A stretch of DNA of 64,000 nt from Eledone cirrhosa. Lineage: Eukaryota. The translations under genes were made by a program, and so were the position numbers. Location: positions 13,206,001-13,270,000 of the forward strand of contig OZ024745.1 in assembly GCA_964016885.1 (NCBI GenBank), written 5' to 3'. The notes under the pieces were generated by a model, which saw nothing but the letters and a program-made list of their open reading frames with translations, did no database searches and was not told the origin of the DNA. Below are positions 30,001 to 42,775 of this stretch, piece by piece. The stretch's first letter is position 1; every line of letters begins with the position of its first letter.

Positions 30001-33000
30001 ACCAGACTGTAGCAGACCTCTAGAATACTGACCAATGAAACCAGGCTGTAGCAGACCTGTAGAATACTGACTAATGAAACCAGGCTGTAGCAGACCTGTA
30101 GAATACTGACCAATGAAACCAGGCTGTAGCAGACCTGTAGAATACTGACCAATGAAACCAGGCTGTAGAGGACCTGTAGAATACTGACCAATGAAACCAG
30201 ACTGTAGCAAACCTGTAGAATACTGACCAATGAAACCAGGCTGTAGCAGACCTGTAGAATACTGACCAATGAAACCAGGCTGTCGAAGACCTGTAGAATA
30301 CTGACCAATGAAACCAGGCTATAGCAGACATGTAGAATACTGACCAATGAAACCAGGCTGTAGCAGATCTGTAGAATACTGACCAATGAAACCAGGCTGT
30401 AGCAGACCTGTAGAATACTGACCAATGAAACCAGGCTGTAGCAGACCTCTAGAATACTGACCAATGTAACCAGGCTGTAGCAGACCTGTAGAATACTGAC
30501 CAATGAAACCAGGCTGTAGCAGACCTGTAGAATACTGACCAGTGAAACCAGACTGCAGCAGACATGTAGAATACTTACCAATGAAACCAGGCTGTAGCAG
30601 ACCTGTAGAATACTGACCAATGAAACCAGGCTGTAGCAGACCTGTAGAATACTGACCAATGAAACCAGACTGTAGCAGACCTGTAGATTACTGACCAATG
30701 AAACCAGGCTGTAGCAGACCTGTAGAATACTGACAAATGAAACCAGGCTGTAGCAGACCTGTAGAATACTGACCAATGAAACTAGGCTGTAGCAGACCTG
30801 TAGAATACTGACCAATGAAACCAGGCTGTAGCAGACCTGTAGAATACTGATCAATGAAACCAGACTGTAGCAGAGCTGTAGAATACTGACCAATGAAACC
30901 AGGCTGTAGCAGACCTGTAGAATACTGACCAATGAAACCAGGCTGTAGCAGACCTGTAGAATACTGACCAATGAAACCAGGCTGTAGCAGACCTGTAGAA
31001 TACTTACCAATGAAACCAGGCTGTAGCAGACCTGTAGAATACTGACCAATGAAACAAGGCTGTAGCAGACCTGTAGAATACTGACCAATGAAACCAGGCT
31101 GTAGCAGACCTGTAGAATACTGACCAATGAGATCAGTCTGTACCAGAGCTGTAGAATACTGACCAATGAAACCAGGCTGTAGCAGACCTGTAGAATACTG
31201 ACCAATGAAACCAGGCTGTAGCAGACCTGTCGAATCCTGACCAATGAAACCAGGCTGTAGCAAACTTGTAGAATACTGACCAATGAAACCAGGCTGTAGC
31301 AGACCTGTAGAATACTGACCAATGAAACCAGACTGTAGCAAACTTGTAGAATACTGACCAATGAAACCAGACTGTAGCAGACATGTAGAATACTGACCAA
31401 TGAAACCAGGCTGTAGCAGACCTGTAGAATACTGACCAATGAAACCAGGCTGTAGCAGACCTGTAGAATACTGACCAATGAAACCAGGCTGTAGCAGACC
31501 TGTAGTATACTGACCAATGAAACAGGCTGTAGCAGACCTGTAGAATACTGACCAATGAAACCAGGCTGTAGCAGACCTGTAGAATACTGACCAATGAAAC
31601 CAGGCTGTAGAAGACCTGTAGAATACTGACCAATGAAACCAGGCTGTAGCAGACCTGTAGGATACTGACCAATGAAACCAGGCTGTAGCAGACCTGTAGA
31701 ATACTGACCAATGAAACCAGATTGTAACAGACCTGTAGAATACTGACCAATGAAACCAGACTGTAGCAGACCTGTAGAATACTGACCAATGAAACCAGGC
31801 TGTAGCAGACGTGTAGAATACTGACCAATGAAACCAGGCTGTAGTAGACCTGTAGAATACTGACCAATGAAACCAGGCTGTAGCAGACCTGTAGAATACT
31901 AACCAATGAAACCAGGCTGTAGCAGACCTGTAGAATACTGACCAATGAAACCAGGCTGTAGAAGACCTGCAGAATACTGACCAATGAAACCAGGCTGTAG
32001 TAGACCTGTAGAATACTGACCAATGAAACCAGGCTGTAGTAGACCTGTAGAATACTGACCAATGAAACCAGGCTGTAGCTGACCTGTAGAATACTGACCA
32101 ATGAAACCAGACTGTAGCAGACCTGTAGAATACTGACCAATGAAACCAGGCTGTAGCAGACCTCTAGAATACTGACCAATGAAACCAAACTGTAGCAAAC
32201 CTGTAGAATACTGACCAATGAAACCAGGCAGTAGCAGACCTGTAGAATACTGACCAATGAAACCAAGCTGTAGAAGACCTGTAGAATACTGACCAATGAA
32301 ACCAGGCTGTAGCAGACATGTAGAATACTGACCAATGAAACCAGGCTGTAGCATACCTGTAGAATACCGACCAATGAAACCAGGCTATAGCAGACCTGTA
32401 GAATACTGACCAATGAAACCAGGCTGTAGCAGACCTGTAGAATACTGACCAATGAAACCAGGCTGTAGCGGACCTGTAGAATACTGACCAATGAAACCAG
32501 GCTGTAGCAGACCTGGAGAATACTGACCTATGAAACGAGGCTGTAGCAGACCTCTAGAATACTGACCAATGAAATCAGACTGTAGCAGTCCTGTAGAATA
32601 CTGACCAATGAAACCAGACTGTAGTAGACCTCTAGAATACTGACCAATGAAACCAGGCTGTAGCAGACCTCTAGAATACTGACCAATGAAACCAGGCTGT
32701 AGCAGACCTGTAGAATACTGACCAATGAAACCAGACTGTATCAGACCTCTAGAATACTGACCAATGAAACCAGGCTGTAGCAGACCTGTAGAATACTGAC
32801 CAATGAAACCAGGCTGTAGCAGACCTGTAGAATACTGACCAATGAAACCAGACTGTAGCAGACCTGTAGAATACTGACCAATGAAACCAGACTGTAGCAG
32901 ACCTCTAGAATACTGACCAATGAAACCAGGCTGTAGCAGACCTCTAGAATACTGACCAATGAAACCAGGCTGTAGCAGTCCTGTAGAATACTGACCAATG

Positions 33001-34373
33001 AAACCAGACTGTATCAGACCTCTAGAATACTGACCAATGAAACCAGGCTGTAGCAGACTTCTAGAATACTGACCAATGAAACCAGGCTGTAGCAGACCTG
33101 TAGAATACTGACCAATGAAACCAGACTGTAGCAGACCTGTAGAATACTGACCAATGAAACCAGACTCTAGCAGACCTGTAGAATACTGACCAATGAAACC
33201 AGGCTGTAGCAGACCTGTAGAATACTGACCAATGAAACCTGGCTGTAGCAGACCTGTAGAATGCTGACCAATGAAACCAGACTGTAGCAGACCTGTAGAA
33301 TACTGTCCAATGAAACCAGGCTGTAGCAGCCCTGTAGAATACTGACCAATGAAACCAGACTGTAGCAAACCTGTAGAATACTGACCAATGAAACCAGGCT
33401 GTAGCAGACCTGTAGAATACTGACCAATGAAACCAGGCTGTAGCAGACCTGTAGAATACTGACAAATGAAACCAGGCTGTAGCAGACATGTAGAATACTG
33501 ACCAATGAAACCAGGCTGTAGCAGACCTGTAGAATACTGACCAATGAAACCAGGCTGTAGCAGACCTGTAGAATACTGACCAATGAAACCAGGCTGTAGC
33601 AGACCTGTAGAATACTGACCAATGAAACCAGGCTGTAGCAGACCTGTAGAATACTGACCAATGAAACCAGGCTGTAGAAGACCTGTAGAATACTGACCAA
33701 TGAAACCAGACTGTAGCAGACCTGTAGAATACTGACAAATGAAACCAGGCTGTAGCAGACTTGTAGAATACTGACCAATGAAACCAGGCTGTAGCAGACC
33801 TGTAGAATACTGACAAATGAAACCAGACTGTAGCAGAGCTCTAGAATACTGACCAATGTAACCAGGCTGTAGCAGACCTGTAGAATACTGACCAATGAAA
33901 CCAGACTGTAGCAGACCTGTAGAATACTGACCAATGAAACCAGGCTGTAGCAGACCTGTAGAATACTGACCAATGAAACAAGGCTGTAGCAGACCTGTAG
34001 AATACTGACCAATGAAACCAGGCTGTAGCAGACCTGTAGAATACTGACCAATGAAACCAGGCTGTAGCAGACCTGTAGAATACTGACCAATGAAACCAGG
34101 CTGTAGCAGACCTGTAGAATACTGACCAATGAAACCAGGCTGTAGCAGGCCTGTAGAATACTGACCAATGAAACCTGACTGTAGCAGAGCCGTAGAATAC
34201 TGACCAATGAAACCAGACTGTAGCAGACCTGTAGAATACTGACCAATGAAACCAGGCTGTAGCATGCCTGTAGAATACTGACCAATGAAACCTGACTGTA
34301 GCAGACCCGTAGAATACTGACCAATGAAACCAGACTGTAGCAGACCTGTAGAATACTGACCAATGAAACCAGA
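1..34373. repeat. Giant 39-bp tandem satellite/minisatellite, about 880 units, consensus CAGACCTGTAGAATACTGACCAATGAAACCAGGCTGTAG
   Basis: Uninterrupted head-to-tail units with only point variants and occasional 1-bp deletions. It runs off the left edge and merges into unique DNA at ...CAATGAAACCAGA|ACAGCAA (34373). All three + frames carry a stop in each unit, while all three - frames are open in the consensus. Confidence 0.99.
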
Positions 34374-34387
34374 ACAGCAACAAAAAG
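34361..34387 (-). other. Candidate 27-nt exon, or an exon end, whose 5' splice site seeds the satellite
   Basis: The minus strand reads ccttttattcAG|CTTTTTGTTGCTGTTCTGGTTTCATTG|GTcagt: pyrimidine tract plus CAG acceptor, and a GTCAGT donor. No transcript evidence. Confidence 0.3.
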
Positions 34388-35021
34388 CTGAATAAAAGGT
34401 TATATAAGAAATATACAAAATATAAAATTCCAAAGACGAAATTCCTGAATATGAAAATAGTGTAAAGTTCGGACGCCTTCGATAGCAGCCTGTCTGAGAA
34501 AGAAGTCACGCGAGGTCGAGTGGCTGTTGCAGCAGGTGTTGCTGGCCATTGTCCGCGAAAATACTTTTACCATTTAATCTGCGGGGCACAGCCTAAACAC
34601 CGCTCTGACCTAGGTGTAGAGTCTGTCTCCTCCGTCTCTTCCCCTTTCTTTCTCCCTTTCTCTAATAGTCCTTGCTCTTCCCCTCCCTTTCCACTTATTT
34701 ATGACATTTATAGTTCTTTCCAATACTGCTTTCTTTTTCTGTATGTTTGACCAATTTATAGTCATGGCAACGATAAATAGATAATAAAATAAAAGTAAAT
34801 GAAATTTAAAGGTTTAAAAAAATATAAAGTTAGGGATATTTAAAAAATTAAAATTGGTGAAAGAGATTTCTATAGAACAACGACAGACAAGGACGCAGGA
34901 AAATGTAGAAGATTAAACAGAAGAAATCTCTCATTCTTCGATGAAGAAGTCAATTACGAAAATATACAAATGAAAGAAAAAAGAAAGAAAGAAAGAAGGG
35001 AAACAAATAGCAGATAAATAT

Positions 35022-35210
35022 AATAATTGTTTCTACTTTTGGCACAAGGCCAGCAATTACCCAGTGTACTACTGGTAATTTATTTTATCGACCCTGTAAG
35101 GATGAAAGGCAAAGTTGACCTCATCGGGATTTGAACTCAGAATGGCAAGGGCCGTAACTCTATGCGTCAAAGCATGGCGTCCGACCCTCTACCAATACTG
35201 CCAATCCTCT
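35022..35210 (-). mobile_element. tRNA-derived SINE, family A (central GCCTTTCATCC..GGTCGATAAA domain)
   Basis: The minus strand has an A-box-like TGGCAGTATTGG, a B-box GAGTTCAAATC, a conserved core and a CCTTGTGCC..(TTA)n tail. Related copies recur across the window. Confidence 0.85.
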
Positions 35211-36114
35211 ATAATCCGGAGTAAAACGATTCCGAAATGAAAGAGAGCCTGAAAGAAGAATGTCAAGAGAGTGGCTGACATCTTTGATAAATCTGAGAAC
35301 ATCTGAGATCGTCGATAAAGAGCAAAGAATTGGTCGGCATGAAAAGCAAACACGATTCTATAAAGAATATAAATAGTTTGATTCCAAAAGGAATTTATGA
35401 AGAATTAAGTAAAAGAAACATAGAAATCAATAGCAAGAGAAATAGAAAAGGTTTCTGTGGGCTGGCGGGGAGTATTGACAATAAAGAGACAATGGACAAT
35501 ATTGTTGAAAACACCTGAACAATGGTGGGCGGCTAACTCAAGAAGTAACTTAAACGACAAAAAAAAAAAAAAAAAAAATTAGAATAGATAACTGCGAGGC
35601 ATAGGAAATGATAAAATCCTGAACTTTCGTTTGAAATATTTAAAAGACAGAGCTGGTAAAAATGTCTAACAACCTAGTAAAGCAGCCAGAAGTTACACAT
35701 GAACGTCTTTTGAAAGATAATTCGGCGTCAGTTTAGTTTATGATACTTCTAGCACAACTATTGTGAGTGTCTTTTTCTGCCACTTCTCAGGTGGACACGA
35801 AGCAATACATGTAAATATTGTAAATGGCTATTTGTGAAGATTTGTACGAAAATAGATATTTCTTTTGTCTCAAGTAATGAAGTAGAACCTCAAAGAATTC
35901 AAGAGCTTTACGTTACCAAAACAGGAAAAAACAACAGGAAAAAACAACAATATCGAACAAAGAAACAAATTAAAAATGACTTTCCTCATGGAACTTTGTT
36001 AGAAACACGCAGTCGCTTCACATACAACAACAACAGCAACAACAGCAACAACAATGGTTTCTGATTTAGGCAAAATTAACCTCGGTGGGATTTGAACTCA
36101 GGACAACAACAACA

Positions 36115-36335
36115 ATAATAATAATAGTTTTAAGGATTTAGGCACAAGGCCAACAATTTTGGGGGAGGGGAAGTCAATTAAATCGACACCAGTACATTAC
36201 TGGTATATTATTTTATCCACCACGAAAGGATGAAAGGCAAAGCTAACTTCGGCGAGATTTGAAATCAGAACGTAAAGAGCTGTAACTCTATGCTGCGAAA
36301 CATGTGCGACGCTCTACCGATTCTGCCAATCCACA
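36115..36335 (-). mobile_element. tRNA-derived SINE, family A
   Basis: Same head, core and tail as 35022-35210; a small partial copy lies at about 36055-36100. Confidence 0.85.
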
Positions 36336-36339
36336 TAAT

Positions 36340-37060
36340 AATGATAATTTCTTTATTGACCACAAGAGCCGACATAAAGGCGACAATACAAAAGGCGGGG
36401 ACAGCAGGGGTTTACAATAAGGAAAGATATAACAAACAAGAAATAAGAATACAATTATAACACTGAAAATTCCCCAATAGGGGGAGGGGAGTACAAGCCA
36501 AGGGTGACTCTGGAACCCCACCAATCCTGAACCTCCAACTCTTCATGAACACCCTAGGAGGGCGCCATTCTACTCTCCAAACTAACCAGCCTACAGGCGC
36601 ATGGTCAGAGTAGACCTATTCACACGGCCATCGTCGCTACATTCACCCATCTTTTAACAAATGTACTGGGGGAGGGGGGGATAGCACTTCCTTCTCCATC
36701 CTCACTTTTCTTTCCAAGTGAAACTTGAAAAAGTTGACGAGAGATTAGCTGAAGAGGGCAGTGTCTGTCTTCAGTTCTTTCAACCACGTTTACCACACAA
36801 CCTTGTTTGCCATAGTTCAAAAGGAAACTGCCTGCCCTTCCCGGTCAAAAGAAGGCGGCGAGGTGATCTTCACGATGGCCTCGGTCGACAGCCGGATCCG
36901 TCATACACGTGATAATAGCTGTTCGATAAAACTCCATAAGTCAGCAATGCCCCGACACAGGACAAGTACGTGCAGAACGGTTTCGTTGTTCTGGGCGCAC
37001 TCGGACAGGTCCGTCCGACCGCACTCCGTGCCTGTAGAGATTATGTCGAAGGGGCAGCGA
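36340..37060 (-). mobile_element. 5'-truncated, decayed Tx1/L1-like LINE 3' end
   Basis: Minus-strand translation across frameshifts gives TCP.CAQNNETVLHVLVLC (CCHC knuckle typical of L1/Tx1 ORF2 C-termini) ... LVNFFKFHLERKVRMEKE ... FVKRWVNVA, then a 3' UTR ending AATAAA plus a TTA-like tail. Confidence 0.65.
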
Positions 37061-37105
37061 GGGATTTCTGGAAGTTATATATAGTCTCCGGATCGAAAGT
37101 CTATT

Positions 37106-37532
37106 CCCACCACAGTAATATAGACTAACCCAATGACATGTTCCCACTCCCCACCACAGTAATAGACTAACCCAGTGACATGTCGCCCACTACAGTAATA
37201 TAGACTAACCCAGTGACATATTCCCCTCACCACAGTAATATAGACTAACCCAGTGACATGTTCCACCCACCACAGTAATATAGACTAACCCAGTGACATG
37301 TTCCACCCACCACAGTAATATAGACTAACCCAGTGACATGTTCCACCCACCACAGTAATATAGACTAACCCAGTGACATGTTCCACCCACCACAGTAATA
37401 TAGATTAACCCAGTGACCTGTCCCCCCCCCCCCACCACCACAGTAATATAGACTAACCCAGTGACATGTTCCACCCACCACAGTAATATAGACTAACCCA
37501 GTGACATGTCCCCACCACAGTAATATAGACTA
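37106..37532. repeat. 40-bp minisatellite (TTCCACCCACCACAGTAATATAGACTAACCCAGTGACATG), about 10-11 copies
   Basis: Direct tandem copies are visible. Confidence 0.95.
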
Positions 37533-37842
37533 CTGCTGCTGATGATGAGAGTCTCGTGTGACATTCCACACGTGAAAAAATCGCCATCTCCATACAGTAT
37601 CATGTTGCTTTATTCCACTTTATAAAATAATTTTAATGATGATATTCCTGCTGCTTTCCTTACTATATCAACCTCCCACACTTCCTTACTACTTCTTATT
37701 AGAAGCAACATTAGTATTTTCCTCTCTTCTTCTTACACGATGTAAACCCTAATTGGCGTTGTTTTCCATCATTGTATAGTCCTTAACGCTGTGTGCCTTT
37801 CTGGGGAATAAAAGAAATCATCAAAAAGGCTGTCTTTGTAAC

Positions 37843-38070
37843 ATACGGCGTTTCTTGGGCATCCAGATCTGAGTACAGTAGATTTATTTCAGAGAAGGAT
37901 AGAAAGTGAGAAGAGATATAGAGGGAAAATCGACCCCAGTACTAGACTGGTATTTTTTATCGATCTCGAAAGGATGAAAGGTAAAGGTGACCTCGGTGGG
38001 ATTTGAAACTCAGGAACGAATACTGCAAAACATTCTATCCCACGTTCTAACGACTCTGCCAAATCGCCGC
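37843..38070 (-). mobile_element. tRNA-derived SINE family A, variant with a different 3' tail
   Basis: Core TTTATCGA..AAGGATGAAAGG..GACCTCGG..TTTGAA. The tail segment is shared with 43717-43825 and 56110-56230. Confidence 0.7.
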
Positions 38071-38110
38071 GATAATGTCCCAATATGCACTGGAATAAAT
38101 GGTATCAACC

Positions 38111-38196
38111 TTAAACATCGAAACTGTAATGATTTCCAAAGGTTGACTGAAGAGATGGAACTCTCCGTTTTTCCGTTTTTTCCCATTGTTTTTGTC
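38111..38196 (-). CDS. Putative terminal coding exon (8 of 8) of the unidentified coiled-coil protein gene: (R)QKQWEKTEKRRVPSLQSTFGNHYSFDV*
   Basis: Acceptor (gt)n..ttcaaaatAG| gives a phase-1 entry matching the upstream exon. TAA stop at 38113-38111; AATAAA on the minus strand at about 37888. Confidence 0.5.
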
Positions 38197-38204
38197 CTAT
38201 TTTG

Positions 38205-38466
<262 letters not shown>

Positions 38467-38589
38467 TATATTAAATAGCATGCATAGATTGAATCGATTG
38501 CAGAAGTGGACGGAGGTAAGGCTGATTAAGACATTAGTTTTGCCATAACGAAGTCCCGGGTCCAGTTTCATTGTTTGGAATCTAATCTT

Positions 38590-38838
38590 GGATAGACCCC
38601 CGTTTTGGATAGACCCTCGTTTTGGATAGACCCCCGTTTTGGATAGACCCCCGTTTTGGATAGACCCCCGTTTTGGATAGACCCCAGTTTTGGATAGACC
38701 CCAATCTAAGATAGACCCCAGTCTAGGATAGACCCCAGTTTTGGATAGATCCCAGTCTAGGATAGACCCCAGTCTAGGATAGACCCCAGTCCAGGATAGA
38801 CCCCAGTTTTGGATAGACCCCCCAGTCTAGGATAGACC
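38590..38838. repeat. 17-bp minisatellite GGATAGACCCC(C/A)GT(TTT/CTA), about 15 copies
   Basis: Direct tandem copies. Confidence 0.95.
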
Positions 38839-38922
38839 AAAGCCTTACAAATAAAAGAGGAAAGATGGAATATCTGTAGAACCCTGTTGAACGGATTGAA
38901 CCTGCATTTCAAAGGATCATCT

Positions 38923-39368
38923 TTGTCACACACACATTGTTACATACATTGTGTCACATACATTGTGTCACATACATTGTGTCACATACATTGTGTCACA
39001 TATATTGTGTCACAACATTGTGTCACATATATTATGTCACATACATTATGTCATATACATTGTATCACATACATTGTCACACACACATTGTGTCACATAC
39101 ATTGTGTCACATACAATGTCACACACACATTGTGTCACATACATTGTGTCACATACATTGTGTCACACACATTGTGTCACATACATTGTGTCACATACAT
39201 TGTGTCACATACAATGTCACACACAATGTGTCACATACATTGAGTCACACACATTGTGTCACATACATTGTCACATACATTGTCACACACATTGTGTCAC
39301 ATACATTCTGTCACATACATTGTCACACACATTGTGTCACATAAATTGTCACACACACATTGTCACAC
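38923..39368. repeat. 12-14-bp minisatellite (TGTCACATACATTG), about 30 copies
   Basis: Direct tandem copies. Confidence 0.95.
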
Positions 39369-39479
39369 TAATTCTACTTGATAATTACCTTATGAATACA
39401 CGTGTCTGTGATATATTCAACGAATTACGTGATATTTTAACGAGTAGGCCGTTCTGTTGATTGAAAAAAATAGAGATCT

Positions 39480-41257
39480 AACACACACGCACACACATAC
39501 TAACATACACACACATACAAACATACACACACACACATATACACAAACATATACACATAAACATATAAACACAAACACACACACATACTAACATATACAC
39601 ACAAACACACACAAACACACACACACAAACATATACACACAAACATATACACACACACACACACAAAAACATACACACACACACAAACAAATACACACAA
39701 ACATAAACACACAAACATACACACACACACACAAACATACATACACACACACACAAACATATACACACAAACATATACACACAAACATATACACACACAT
39801 ACTAACATATACACACAAACATATACACACGAACACACAAACATATACACACAAACATATACACACAAACATACACACACACACATATACACACAAACAT
39901 ATACATACAAACATACACACACAAACATATATATACACACACACACACAAACATATACACACAAACATACACATAAATACACATACACACACGTGCGCGC
40001 ACTTTCACGTACACACACACATTCACATACACGCACACACATATTCACTTACATGTACACACACATTCACATACACGCACACACACATTCACATACACAC
40101 ACACACACACACACATTCACATACACGCGCACACACATTCACATACACGCACAGTCACATTCACATACACGTACACAGACATTCACATACACACACACAC
40201 ATCACATACACGTACACACACACATTCACATACACATTCACATACACACGCGCACACATTCACATACACGCACACACACATTCACGTACACGCACACACA
40301 CATTCACATACACGCACACACACATTCACATACACGCACACACACACACATTCACATACACGCACACACATTCAGATACACGCGCACATACATTCACATA
40401 CACGCACACATCACATACACGTAGACACACACATTCACACACACACACACATACACGTACACACACACACATTCACATACACGCAAACACACATTCACAT
40501 ACACACACACACATTCACATACACGCAAACACGCACACACACACACGCACACACACACACATTCACATACACACACATACACATATTCACATACACGTAC
40601 ACACACATTCACATACACGTACACACACATTCACATACACGCACACACACACACATTCACATACACGCACACACATTCAGATACACGCGCACATACATTC
40701 ACATACACGCACACATCACATACACGTAGACACACACATTCACACACACACACACATACACGTACACACACACACATTCACATACACGCAAACACACATT
40801 CACATACACACACACACATTCACATACACACAAACACACATTCACATACACGCACACACACACACACATTCACATACACACACATACACATATTCACATA
40901 CACGTACACACACATTCACATACACGTACACACACATTCACATACACGTACACACACATTCACATACACACATTCACATACACGTACACACACATTCACA
41001 TACACGCACACACACATTCACATACACGCACACATACATTCACATACACGCACACACATTCACATACACGTACACACACATTCACATACACACACATACA
41101 CACATTCACATACACGCACACACACACATTCACACATACACATTCACATACACGCACACACACACATTCACATACACGTACACACACACATTCACATACA
41201 CGCAAACACACATTCACATACACGCACACACACATTCACATACACGCACACACACAA
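39480..41257. repeat. Compound CA-rich microsatellite (CACAAACATATA type, then CACATTCACATACACG type)
   Basis: Direct reading. Confidence 0.95.
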
Positions 41258-41285
41258 ACAAATAAAGATACAGAAGAATGTTTAC

Positions 41286-41396
41286 GTGGAGAGTGTGAAG
41301 TTACAACAGGTAATATGGAAGCCGCTAACAAACAGGAAGTGGAATCACTTGTTGCTGAGTGAAGAAAGTGGCCATCTTTTCTTGCATGGGGGATCA
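41286..41396 (-). CDS. Coding exon 7: (V)IPHARKDGHFLHSATSDSTSCLLAASILPVVTSHSP
   Basis: Strong acceptor ctgtcttttcAG|, 111 bp, open in phase 1/1; the donor CAC|GTaaac is weak. Confidence 0.6.
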
Positions 41397-41597
41397 CTGA
41401 AAAGACAGACAGACATTTGTTATCAAGTTTTATTGGTGATGATGGTCGTGATGATGTTGGTGATGATGATGATGGTGATAATAGTGGTGGTAGTGGTGTT
41501 GGGGTTGGGGTTGATGAGAGAAGGGGTTAATGGTGATGGTGATAGTGATGATGATGGTGATAATAGTGGTGCAGCGGTGTTGGGGTTGGGGTTTGTA

Positions 41598-41820
41598 TCA
41601 GGAAAGAATCGCTGGACAGATTTTACGGGCAAAAGCAACCAGCAGGAGACCCAGAGGTAGACCCTGAGTAAGATGGTTGGATAACATCCATGAGCTTGGC
41701 TGGTCTCGCTTGGGGATCCAGCCAGATCAGTTGGAGATGGTTGCTTCTGACAGGACCCTCTGGAAGGAGTGTTTGAGGGCTCTGCCTGCACGACCCTGTT
41801 AGGGATAAGTGGGCGAAGAA

Positions 41821-41822
<2 letters not shown>
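41598..41822 (+). mobile_element. RTE-clade LINE 3' terminal fragment with a (TAG)n tail
   Basis: Translates as QERIAGQILRAKATSRRPRGRP*VRWLDNIHELGW...VASDRTLWKECL, the typical RTE C-terminal GRP..RW.D / A.DR..W signature, followed directly by (TAG)n. Confidence 0.8.
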
Positions 41823-41872
<50 letters not shown>

Positions 41873-41902
41873 GGTGTGGTGGTGGTGGTGCTGGTGGTGG
41901 TG

Positions 41903-41964
<62 letters not shown>

Positions 41965-42013
41965 GGTGGTGGTGGTGGTGGTGGTGGTGGTGGTGGTGGT
42001 GGTGGTGGTGGCG

Positions 42014-42072
<59 letters not shown>

Positions 42073-42119
42073 GGTGGTGTGGTGGTGGTGGTGGTGTGGT
42101 GGTGGTGGTGCTGGTGGTG

Positions 42120-42163
<44 letters not shown>

Positions 42164-42179
42164 GGTGTGGTGGTGGTGG

Positions 42180-42210
<31 letters not shown>

Positions 42211-42223
42211 GGTGGTGGTGGCG

Positions 42224-42258
<35 letters not shown>

Positions 42259-42303
42259 GGTGTGGTGGTGGTGGTGGTGGTGGTGGTGGTGGTGGTGGTG
42301 GTG

Positions 42304-42335
<32 letters not shown>

Positions 42336-42353
42336 GGTGTGGTGGTGGTGGTG

Positions 42354-42424
<71 letters not shown>

Positions 42425-42493
42425 GGTGGTGGTGTGGTGGTGGTGGTGGTGTGGTGGTGGCGGTGGTGGTGGTGGTGGTGGTGGTGGTAGTAC

Positions 42494-42539
<46 letters not shown>

Positions 42540-42615
42540 GGTGGTGGTGGTGGTGGTGGTGGTGGTGGTGGTGGTGGTGGTGGTGGTGGTGGTGGTGGTA
42601 GTGATGGTGGTGGCG

Positions 42616-42650
<35 letters not shown>

Positions 42651-42726
42651 GGTGGTGGTGGTGGTGGTGGTGGTGGTGGTGGTGGTGGTGGTAGTTGTAG
42701 TAGTAGTAGTAGTGGTGGTGGTGGCG

Positions 42727-42775
<49 letters not shown>

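Noticed and set aside
403-33816. Dozens of long minus-strand ORFs as genuine genes
   Set aside because: They arise in all three frames from a stop-free 39-bp unit, mostly start at TTG, and are broken by propagated stops and 1-bp deletions.
1-34373. CRISPR array
   Set aside because: Units are contiguous with no unique spacers, no cas genes are present, and the context is eukaryotic.
37106-37532. Common origin of the 40-bp minisatellite and the 39-bp satellite
   Set aside because: Only a short weak resemblance (ACTAACCCAGTGA vs ACTGACCAATGA), not distinguishable from chance.
37532-37580. Hammerhead-like CTGATGA...CGTGTG/CACACG..GAAA
   Set aside because: Spacing is wrong and there is no convincing stem I, stem III or cleavage triplet.
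41620-41795. Extra minus-strand exon after ccctaacAG
   Set aside because: The + strand encodes a recognisable RTE C-terminus, and the phase-compatible minus frame reaches a stop.
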